64,000 bases of DNA, from assembly GCA_964019335.1 (NCBI GenBank), contig OZ025734.1, positions 186,001 through 250,000 on the forward strand. Direction: 5' to 3'. Positions 55,717-64,000 of the stretch are shown piece after piece. The position numbers were made by a program, and so were the translations under genes. Below the pieces are notes generated by a model, which saw only the letters and a program-made list of their open reading frames with translations, made no database searches and was not told the origin of the DNA. How positions within the stretch are numbered: position 1 is the stretch's first letter; every line of letters begins with the position of its first letter. The stretch is from Diplonema japonicum (taxonomy: Eukaryota > Protista > Euglenozoa: Diplonemea).

Positions 55717-57155
55717 AGTTTGTTGTGTTTACTACCTTTTTTTGTGGGGGGGGGAATTTTAGGATTTTATTTTGTGTGTGGGGGGTATGGGGTAAAAAAA
55801 AAAAAAACGGGAAAACGTGAGGGGGAAGAGGGGATAAAAAAAAATTTTTTTTTTCTGCCTCTACTCTTAAAAAAAAAGAAATTCTTTTCAAAGTTTTGTT
55901 TCTTCACTCACTAGGGGCTTCATAATTTAACGCGAAAACGCCCATAATATTAACCAGTTAAATTATGAGATTTTTGGAGTTAAAATTATGTTTTTTTGTC
56001 GTGAAAAAGAAAATGTTCCCAACCCCTTGAAGTGTCTTTGGTGGGATATTTTGACTATTTTTGGCCATCTGAGGTTATTCCGGCCCTTAAAAGCGGGAAT
56101 AAATGCTTTACTGCCCCCTTAAAATTCCACGGCGAAATTGTTACCCCCGTATTACCTTAGGGAAAACGCGAAGTTAAATAATGACACATTATTTGTTGGC
56201 AATAAAATAGCTATTATTTTCACTAGCGGGTTCCCGGTAAATAATAAGGTAATAATAATAAGCCACTTTTTTTTTTTTTTTTTTTTTTTTTTGTTCTCTC
56301 ACTCACGGGCGGGAGAAGTTCGTTTTTTTGGGGGGTGAAACGTCGGAGAAAAAAAAGGAAAAAAAAAACAACTCACTATGACAGAAACGAAGTGGGTAGC
56401 AACGGCCCACCAAAAAAAAAAAAAAAAGAAAAAAAAAAAGAAAGATTTTCTTTAAAAAAAATTCTTTCCATATAGGGCTTTTGCTTTTAATTCGGGTTTT
56501 TTAGAGATATGGAGCGTTAACATTTCTTTTTTGATTTCTTTTTTTTTTCCCCCCTTCTCGGGCTTCATCGTTCTTTTCTCTCACCAGCGCTGAAAGAAGA
56601 AGAAGAAAAAGAAGAAAGAAAATATAGTGGGAGGGGGGGGATATGCGAAATAAAATCATCCTCGTTAAAAATTTGATGGGGTAAACTTATTATTTTTCTA
56701 TTTTTTTTTTTTCTCTTTTCGCCCCCCTTTAATAAAAGAAGAGGACGGGGACGTCAGTAGGAGAGACAATAAAAATTCCATTTTTTTTTTCTTCCCCGGC
56801 ATGAATTTTTTTGTTTTTTCCCTCCTCCTTTTCGTCCAGATTTCTTTTGATAGGTGATGGCGATCACTTTTTCTTTTTCTTTTTCTTTTTTTTTTTTTTT
56901 TGCAAAAAAAATAATAAAACGTAGAGGTAAGCTAAGTACCATACCCCCGCCAGTTCACGGCTTGAGAGATGCACCATTATTGAAAGGCTTGCAAAGTCAG
57001 TTAAGATAATTCATCCGAGCGCAGGCCTAGAAGTAGAATCAGTGCCACTTTCTGAAGGAAAAAAAAAGGGGGGGGGAAGTGGAGGGGAGGTACCAAACAA
57101 TGTAGCTTGCTAGCTTTTAATTTTTTTCTGTTTTTTTTTTATTTTTATTTCCACT

Positions 57156-57485
57156 ATTCTGAAATTACTTCTCGCTAAATCTCATTACTTCACGGTGAAA
57201 TTATTAGCCTATTTTCCGTGAAGTAATAGGGGTTCCGGTAAATAATATGCCTCAATTAGTTGGACTACTTTTTCCTCCCAAGTTACCCACTTTTAGCTAG
57301 GCCTTGTTCCCAGTTTCAACTTTTCTATTTAAGTCAGCCTTACCAAGCTCCCCAAAAGACTTCAAAATACCGAAGCAGCAGAAAGTGAGGAGCGAGTGGC
57401 AGTCAACAAAAGCAGGAAAAACAACTTTGTATTGTAACCTTTGTAACCCTTTCGTGTTCCCTCATGGTGAAGTAATTTCAGAGTG
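57156..57485. repeat. MITE-like nested inverted repeats
   Basis: tctgaaattacttc (~57158) is inverted at gaagtaatttcaga (~57469). An inner pair attacttcacgg / ccgtgaagtaat spans 57184-57227. Confidence 0.45.
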
Positions 57486-57899
57486 TCATGAAATAAAACC
57501 ACTTACCTACCGCCAAGTAATGCTTTTACCGCCCTCTCGGTTCCGCATTTTACCATCGGGGTTATTTTTTTTTTTCCCTTCACCCTTCCAAGGGTGCCTT
57601 TGTTTGGTGGAGGGGGGGGAGAAACTAGTTACCCCCCACATGAGACCCAAACGCGTACATTGGGATAAATAGTACCTTTTTTTTTTTCTTTTTTTTCTTT
57701 TTTTCTTTGAAAGGAAGCAAGTATAAAACAACAAAAAATATATGAGTTAAAAAGGAAGTCTTTGTGAGACGCCCCCTTGTTCTCATCTCTTATCAGCACC
57801 TATCCCCTCAAGAAACAATGGAAAAAAAAAAAAAAAAAAAAAAAGGTGTCTTTGAAGGGAACCTGCAGTATGTGACAGGATCGCCTAACGACAATCAAC

Positions 57900-60800
57900 T
57901 CATCTAGTGTTTGATCCCTTCTGTCGTGGTAGTGCCTTAGGCCCGTCGTAGTATCTCATCAGCAGCTTGGGCGTGAAACCAACTAGCGAGTTGTTGAGGA
58001 TGCAATGCGTTCGCATTTGTTCCTCTAGGATCGAGTGGGTGACCTTCGGGGACGCGAAGATCGGACGAGTGGAGTATCCAGTGACGGCATGGCTGTGGAG
58101 CCCTAGGGTGCGTAGTGAGTGTACTGACTTCATAGTTTTTGCCGGAATCAGATGATTCCCCGTCCCTTTTAGATGGATCCTTTCTAAGACGCTGAGAATC
58201 CTGCCGAGCTTTCTCGCCCAGCATGCTATGTCTTCACCACCCATGTGGAGCCTTTCCGTTGCAATGAGGTCGACCGCCAGTTCCGCCTTAGAAACTTGCC
58301 CGCCGTCCTCGCCCCATTTTAGGGCCTTTAACCAGTTGAGGACAAATGGGATTAGGCCTGGGAAGTATTTCTTCTGCAGCCCATGCTCGTGGTACCAAGG
58401 GAGAGGTTTCGGGGTTAAGAGGTTCCCCGGTCGGAATGGTCTATTCCAGAAATGCTGTTTGGAGTACCTGACCTGCTTGTCGGCGTGCAAGTTCTCGAGC
58501 TTGCCTGCCACTTCTGCTAGCATCAGGTGGAGCTCCTTGACCCTCGATAGGCTGATGTCCAAGTCCGAGGTAATGATGCCGTGTACGCGGGTGCAGATTG
58601 GCCAGTTGATGTGCTCTTGCACCAGCCATTCGCGGTCGGCGTTGGCCGTTCTAAAACCGGTGTGTGCCGGGCAGTGCCAAATTGTATGCTGCAGGAGGTC
58701 GCTGGTCCCGCCCCTAATGTCGAAGGGTGCGTCACACCCAAGGCATTTCGTTCGCGTGCCATCCATGTCGCCGTAGGCTCTAGGGTGCAGTGGAAGGATG
58801 GCGCCAGTAACGGCACAGAGGATTCTCCTCGCTTTCTGCGGGTTGGTGATCGCCACCTCGTTGTGTAGGACGTTCGTCTTCCTCTCGTCCACTCCTGTTT
58901 CGATTCCTTTGAAAGTGTCCCGCTCTTCGGCGAGCTCGCCCCGCAGTTTTTCTTTCAACCGCGCCCTGACCTCGTGTTTCAGGTGTGGCATGCCCCGTGG
59001 CAACTCCTTTACGAAGTCCTTCCATCTCGTCCCGATTTCACGCAGCCATATTTCTGCATTGCCAAATGGTCCTTTCGAAAGTGACGGCGTTCCATCTCGC
59101 TCCTTTGCGTACTTGTAAGTTTCCCAGCCCGACACGAATAGGGACTTGTTCGACTGTCGTGTGCACAGGCGACCTAGGGTCGAAATGGCTTTATAGACCA
59201 CCGAAGAGTAAGGGTCTAGGGTGTGTCCTTTGTAGGCAATCCCTAGCAGTGCACTGGCGGAACGCATCGGGTTGCGTGCACCCCAGATGCATGACGTGAT
59301 TTGCTTCTTCATCTTCACCAGCCAAGAGTCTGGGATTGGGTCGAAGAGGACGCCGTAGAAGGCGGACGGTAGGATGTTCTCTGCGATGATCTGTACCTTG
59401 CGGTTGTGGTAAAGTCTCGTTGCTGCGAGGCGCTCGATTTCTGCAATTGCCTTGCGGGCTCTCGTGTTCTCTCTTCTACAAGGCTGGAAATAGACCAGTA
59501 CCCCTAGGATCTGTAGTTTGCAGGACGTGTCGAAGGTCTCCCCGTGCAGCTGTACGTTGCCGCAGTACTTGGGCTTCGTTCCAAACGACTTAGTTTTCTT
59601 CGGGTGGATAGTCATCCCTGTGAGCTTGCAGAGGGTGCCAAGCAGGTTAACGGAGCGTTGCACCGCGGCCTCCGAGGTAGCTGACGTGAAGTTTAGGTCG
59701 TCTGCATACGACACAGGATGGGCGTTTCTAGGGTTCGCCGTGCATTTCTTGGTGAATATAGCGAGGATCGCGTTGATGAAGACCGGTGATATTGGACAAC
59801 CCTGGAGAATTCCATTCGTGGTTCTGAACGGTGCGCCCACCCCCATAGGGAAACGCAAACGACGAATTAGGTCTGAGTAGATGGATTTTATCGGTCTCAG
59901 GATAAGTTGGCTGAGGCCTAAACGCTCCACTAAATCGAACGTAAGCGCATGGGGGATCGAGTCGAAGCATTTCTTGAAGTCAACCGAGAGGCCATAGAGG
60001 TGCTTACCTGATATTTTCGCCGTCTCTACACTAGTGCAGACTCGGGCGAGGAGATCGTCAGTGCTGTGTTTCGGCCTGAAACCGAATTGGAGAGGGGTGA
60101 TCCACGCCTCTTGCCACTCGAGGATCGCGGGTAGTCTAGCGCCTGCCCAGAGTCGGTAGAACGCACTCGATACCGTGATCGGGCGGTGTTCCAGCGGTTC
60201 TTCGGACTCCCCTTTCGGGATCATCGTTACAAGCGCCGTGAGGACTGCCTTGGGCCATCGTCCCCCTTCCTCTATCCATTCGTACAGATAGACGAAACCC
60301 TCCAGTAGTGCGTCTGGTAAATGTGCGAGTTCACAAAGCCTCCAACCGTCGATCCCTGCACACTCCTGCTTCTCCTTTTTTTTCAGGACTACCCGTAGAT
60401 CGTCCAGAGTGAGCGAGAGGTCCACCATCGGGTGGTGGGAGATCTGCGTCCCAAACGCTTCTTCAAAAGAGTCGTAGCGCGGTTCGGGATGTTCTTCGTA
60501 TTTGCGAAAGATGTGGCGCCACGCCGACCTGAAAGCTAGGTCGATCTCTTCAACTGAGGTCGAGATGGCTCCGTTGGTGTTTGCTGCTACCAGCTCTCTC
60601 TCGGGCCTATCTGCTACGAACTGCATGATTGCGCTCCGATTCACCGAGAAGCCTGAATTTAGCTCCCTCCGTGCTTTTATACTGCGCTGGATCTTCGAGG
60701 CAATGTCCATGTCCCGTTGTAATGCTGTCACCTTCCTCTTCACCAGGTCCGCCTCCCTGGAGATGTTGCCATGGGAAAAAGTCTCAGGGTGAACCTTTAA

Positions 60801-62108
60801 GACATTGATGGCTCTCGCCTTCATCTTGTCCCACCCTTTACGTAGGTCATAGGGCAGGGCAGGGTCTTTCAACATCTGAACTCTCCGTAAAATGGCGGAT
60901 GCACTTTTTCGGATTTTCTCGAGGGTTAAGTATTTCTTGGATACGGCACCAAAGCTGTTCTCCGTGGATGGGGCTGCGGTCCTCCGCAAGCTGGGTGAGT
61001 TTACTTCGCCTCTGCCTGAGAAAATCGAGTTTCCCAATTGTGTAGTCCCCCTCAAGAGGTGTTTTTCACAAGTTGTAGAGAGCGCTAAGAAAGCGGCGTC
61101 TAGATCTCCGGTGTCCTTCAGGGCCCTCAAAGTTGGGAGAATATCACTGTGCGGTGTACGGTCTCGGGAGTCCCGGAGAGGGATGATCATCCTGGGCAGA
61201 TGGTATTGGAGCGAGGGCTCGTGGAATTTTGGGATATCAATCGAGATTTTAAGTGCGTGGTGGGAGGGGACGCCGATGTCGAAGGTCTGGCAGTCTCTTA
61301 GAGCCATCGACGCCGTTGCGTTCATCAGGATGTAGTCTGGCCTGGTTTTCGCCGTTGCCGTGACGAAGGAGGGAGGGGTCTGTGTACCACGTAGGCGTGA
61401 GACCTTGTCCGAGGCGTCTGTCCAATGCTGTGCAAGGGCGTGCGAAAGCACCGGGGAGTCCTGAATGGTAGTATTAAAATCTCCCGTTACGATGACCGGA
61501 ACGTCCCCCAGTTGCGTAGTTTTCCGTAGTGTGTCGTCAATCAGTGCTTCCCTGTTTCTTTTGGCGTGATTACTGCCGTCGTTAACCTGGCAGTAGAGGG
61601 TGATGACGTGTAACCAATCCCGTTTCCCCACTGCGACTCTTACGTGAACTCTGCGTGTGTTGGTGCCGTGGTCTTCGAAAAGAGAAGTCTCCTTCCTCGC
61701 AGTCAGCCGCTTGTTCACAATAATTCCCACTCCTCCTCTTTGGGCGATCGAGGGGGACTCAGCATCCTTGGATATCTTCCCCTGTTGCGGGGGTCCCCAG
61801 AAGAGACGGTGTTCTTTCAGGAAAGCGTCACGTTTTGTTTCTTCGTTCACCATCCACTGACCAGCTTGCGTTAGAGCCGTCTCCTGGAGGCAGATCAAGT
61901 CAAATGATTGTAGTTTGATCCTATTCAGATGGTTCGGGAGGTTCGTGACGTTCACCGAAATAAGAGAGAGCTCCCTCTTGTTCTCCACTTCGGGTCCAGG
62001 ATTCGGATGGATGTCACCGTGGGTCATGAGTCGTTTTCTCGCTTCGCGCGCGATAGATCGTTTCGACCTCTTCAAAATGAGGAAATGTGCCCGTGGAAGG
62101 TGGATCAT
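57900..62108 (-). CDS. LINE ORF2: 2A-like peptide, AP endonuclease, reverse transcriptase, CCHC zinc knuckle
   Basis: GDIHPNPGP; APE motifs SVNV, CLQET, GDFN, RPDYI and SHH; RT motifs HRPIT, QFGFRP, DFKKCFDSI, GILQGCPISP and YADD; CLGC..HTIWHC. Confidence 0.95.
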   Translation of the reverse strand: MIHLPRAHFLILKRSKRSIAREARKRLMTHGDIHPNPGPEVENKRELSLISVNVTNLPNHLNRIKLQSFDLICLQETALTQAGQWMVNEETKRDAFLKEHRLFWGPPQQGKISKDAESPSIAQRGGVGIIVNKRLTARKETSLFEDHGTNTRRVHVRVAVGKRDWLHVITLYCQVNDGSNHAKRNREALIDDTLRKTTQLGDVPVIVTGDFNTTIQDSPVLSHALAQHWTDASDKVSRLRGTQTPPSFVTATAKTRPDYILMNATASMALRDCQTFDIGVPSHHALKISIDIPKFHEPSLQYHLPRMIIPLRDSRDRTPHSDILPTLRALKDTGDLDAAFLALSTTCEKHLLRGTTQLGNSIFSGRGEVNSPSLRRTAAPSTENSFGAVSKKYLTLEKIRKSASAILRRVQMLKDPALPYDLRKGWDKMKARAINVLKVHPETFSHGNISREADLVKRKVTALQRDMDIASKIQRSIKARRELNSGFSVNRSAIMQFVADRPERELVAANTNGAISTSVEEIDLAFRSAWRHIFRKYEEHPEPRYDSFEEAFGTQISHHPMVDLSLTLDDLRVVLKKKEKQECAGIDGWRLCELAHLPDALLEGFVYLYEWIEEGGRWPKAVLTALVTMIPKGESEEPLEHRPITVSSAFYRLWAGARLPAILEWQEAWITPLQFGFRPKHSTDDLLARVCTSVETAKISGKHLYGLSVDFKKCFDSIPHALTFDLVERLGLSQLILRPIKSIYSDLIRRLRFPMGVGAPFRTTNGILQGCPISPVFINAILAIFTKKCTANPRNAHPVSYADDLNFTSATSEAAVQRSVNLLGTLCKLTGMTIHPKKTKSFGTKPKYCGNVQLHGETFDTSCKLQILGVLVYFQPCRRENTRARKAIAEIERLAATRLYHNRKVQIIAENILPSAFYGVLFDPIPDSWLVKMKKQITSCIWGARNPMRSASALLGIAYKGHTLDPYSSVVYKAISTLGRLCTRQSNKSLFVSGWETYKYAKERDGTPSLSKGPFGNAEIWLREIGTRWKDFVKELPRGMPHLKHEVRARLKEKLRGELAEERDTFKGIETGVDERKTNVLHNEVAITNPQKARRILCAVTGAILPLHPRAYGDMDGTRTKCLGCDAPFDIRGGTSDLLQHTIWHCPAHTGFRTANADREWLVQEHINWPICTRVHGIITSDLDISLSRVKELHLMLAEVAGKLENLHADKQVRYSKQHFWNRPFRPGNLLTPKPLPWYHEHGLQKKYFPGLIPFVLNWLKALKWGEDGGQVSKAELAVDLIATERLHMGGEDIACWARKLGRILSVLERIHLKGTGNHLIPAKTMKSVHSLRTLGLHSHAVTGYSTRPIFASPKVTHSILEEQMRTHCILNNSLVGFTPKLLMRYYDGPKALPRQKGSNTR

Positions 62109-62282
62109 TGTTAAGGAGTAGATCAGGAGGTTGTTCCTGGATGGTGAGCCGAGCCAGTCGCAAACGAAAGGGGCGAAGGGGGTTGGCGTGGCCGAAGAAG
62201 TTAGGAGGTCAATGAGTGAAAGAATGATGATAATGGTAATGGGGAGGGATATGACTGCCCCGCAGAACTTCAGTGCCTCCTG

Positions 62283-63875
62283 TCAGATCTTCTGGTTTTT
62301 GGGGCTTGGTGTCGCCTGCGAGTGGGTTTCCGACTCCCCTCTTTTCCTCGAACTCTCGGCGTTGGCCGCCTCCACACGTGCTTTTTCTTGTGCCGCCCAT
62401 GAACTGGGGAACTCCGCCTCCGACAGCTTCACCCTCTGTTGCTTCCCTTTGAAGGTCCTCTCCCTTCTGTCGGGTGTGTCCTCTCGGGTCCAATCCCTGA
62501 TTACGAGGGAGTGTCGCTTCTCCCCTCTCGCAATGAGCCTGGCCGTAGGGGGGTTGGTTGCACGTATGAGCCACTTCGACGCACCCAACTTGTCCATGTG
62601 GTTAATAACCCACCCACAACCGGCCAGGTCGACTCTCAAGTCGCACTCGTGTTCGCAGTTCAGACACCCTTCCAGAATGTATTTTTCGCCTGTCTTCTGC
62701 GCCGGAAGTAGGATGGGGTTGACCCTGGCCAGGACTTCCTTGCGGTCCGCACCTCTCGGTAGCATGAGGGCTAATCCGATTGGCGTCACGGTAAGGGAGG
62801 TGCCCAGCGACGCGGTGGGGACGTCGGCCGCCCTGATCCCTTTCTTCAGCTGGATGACTTCCAGTCGGTCTCTCGCGAACGCGTGCGTCCAGAAAACGCC
62901 CTGGTCTCCCGAAGCTGCTAACAGTCTCATCGCGAGTTCAGGGTCTACACGTACGAGGGCGGTGGCTGTCTTGTTCTCTGTGGATCGGTCTATCCTGAAG
63001 ACGGCATTCGGTAAGACCTTGAAGAGTCTCTCCTTGTCGCGTGCCGCTAGTAGTGCCATCCTTTTAATGGCGTTGCCGTCCGCTGTGCGTTTCCACTGTG
63101 CTGCTGAGCAGTGGTCCTTCGCAATCACCGCTTTGAGTATCGTTGTCCTGTTGTTGTCCTCCTTGGGAGGGGCGTCCATTGCTTGTGGGAGCACCTCGAT
63201 CCCAGTGACCCAGGTCCGAATGATCCCTCTCGTCGTGGGGGAGTCTGACTCAGTGCCACCCACGAATGGCTTGGTGCAGATGATTTTGAAATCAAGGCCG
63301 AGCGCCTTGAGACGAGAGGAGAGTTGGACCGGGTCCGAGGGGTTGAAGTAGATACCAGCCGTGAGCTGGTCGGGAACCACGTTGTGGATCTGCTGGGCTC
63401 CCCAGTGTTGCTGTACCAGTGCCAAGGGGGGTTTAACAGGGGCAGGTCTGCTCGTCCAATTGGTGGCCGCCCCGAGGTATGTCTTGGCGCTTCCTCTTGT
63501 CTCCTTCCTCGGGGGTGTCCTCTTCGATTGTTGCTGCTGCTGCTGGGCCGGTTGTCCCTTCGATTGTTGCTGCTGGCGCGGTTGCCCCTTTGCCTGTTGG
63601 TTTTGGAGCTGCTGCTGGAATTGCTGGGGTTGACCCTTCGGTTGGTAAGTCTGTGGAGGTTGTTGCTGAGCAAATGACTGTTGGGGTTGCGGCGGGGGCT
63701 GGTATTGTTGCAGAGCTGGCTGTTGCTGCGGGGTGGGCTGTTGAGGGGAGGCCTGTGCCTTTTCGACCAACTGTAAGATGCAGCTTAGTGTGGTCAGCAC
63801 CAGGCTCCTGTTTTCCTCGGAGAGGTCGCCCGCTAGCAGGCTCTGTGCCCTCTGGACCAGATGATGGGGGTCCAT
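62283..63875 (-). CDS. LINE ORF1 (gag-like/RNA-binding, Gln-rich N-terminus)
   Basis: 530-aa ORF immediately upstream of and in frame with ORF2; poly-Q region and basic C-terminus. Confidence 0.8.
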   Translation of the reverse strand: MDPHHLVQRAQSLLAGDLSEENRSLVLTTLSCILQLVEKAQASPQQPTPQQQPALQQYQPPPQPQQSFAQQQPPQTYQPKGQPQQFQQQLQNQQAKGQPRQQQQSKGQPAQQQQQQSKRTPPRKETRGSAKTYLGAATNWTSRPAPVKPPLALVQQHWGAQQIHNVVPDQLTAGIYFNPSDPVQLSSRLKALGLDFKIICTKPFVGGTESDSPTTRGIIRTWVTGIEVLPQAMDAPPKEDNNRTTILKAVIAKDHCSAAQWKRTADGNAIKRMALLAARDKERLFKVLPNAVFRIDRSTENKTATALVRVDPELAMRLLAASGDQGVFWTHAFARDRLEVIQLKKGIRAADVPTASLGTSLTVTPIGLALMLPRGADRKEVLARVNPILLPAQKTGEKYILEGCLNCEHECDLRVDLAGCGWVINHMDKLGASKWLIRATNPPTARLIARGEKRHSLVIRDWTREDTPDRRERTFKGKQQRVKLSEAEFPSSWAAQEKARVEAANAESSRKRGESETHSQATPSPKNQKI

Positions 63876-64000
63876 GGTCTTCGTCTGTGGGGGGGGAATA
63901 AAACTGACTTTATAAGAAACTCGCTCTCTTGTCTACCGATCACTATAAACTCTCGTGCTCCTTCTGACAAACTTTTCACGTATTCCGACTTTTCACTGAT

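Larger units (their letters stand above)
57741..63900 (-). mobile_element. Apparently intact APE-type non-LTR retrotransposon (5' end may extend beyond the window)
   Basis: ORF1 plus ORF2 (APE-RT-CCHC), a ~150-nt 3' UTR and a terminal hairpin shared with truncated copies. Confidence 0.92.

Noticed and set aside
56370-56410. Possible hammerhead ribozyme or Helitron 3' end
   Set aside because: It lacks a proper CUGANGA core with three stems, and no CTRR follows the hairpin.
57822-57844. A-run as the LINE poly(A) tail
   Set aside because: The run is on the plus strand, so it reads poly(T) in the element sense. Similarity to other copies continues beyond it to ~57741.
62131-63351. 406-aa plus-strand ORF over LINE ORF1
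   Set aside because: It is the exact antisense frame of ORF1 and the linker, starts at TTG and has no recognisable motifs. It is most simply a shadow, although an antisense product cannot be excluded.

Overview
Eukaryotic, protist-like genomic DNA. About 20 host protein genes all lie on the minus strand, separated by homopolymer-rich spacers. They include an EFL elongation factor, an LRR dual-specificity phosphatase, PIG-L, DNAAF1-like, ORC4-like, NCKX-like, RMD1, Alba/RPP25-like, a DEAD-box helicase, an ankyrin array and a ~3150-aa Ig/cadherin-repeat surface protein. A unidirectional gene cluster, EFL and short GT-AG cis-introns together suggest a euglenozoan, most plausibly a diplonemid (inference only). 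Two mobile elements stand out. (1) An apparently intact APE-type non-LTR retrotransposon (about 57.7-63.9 kb): its ORF1 and ORF2 are in the same frame and separated by a single TGA-C, then a stop-free hydrophobic linker and a 2A-like GDIHPNPGP motif. This suggests readthrough plus StopGo recoding. (2) A Crypton-like tyrosine-recombinase element with inverted repeats and lox/dif-like palindromes, inserted antisense in an intron of the giant surface-protein gene. Truncated retroelement 3' ends share a covarying terminal hairpin, and most introns have A-rich rather than pyrimidine-rich 3' ends. All protein calls come from motif recognition by eye; no database searches were run.
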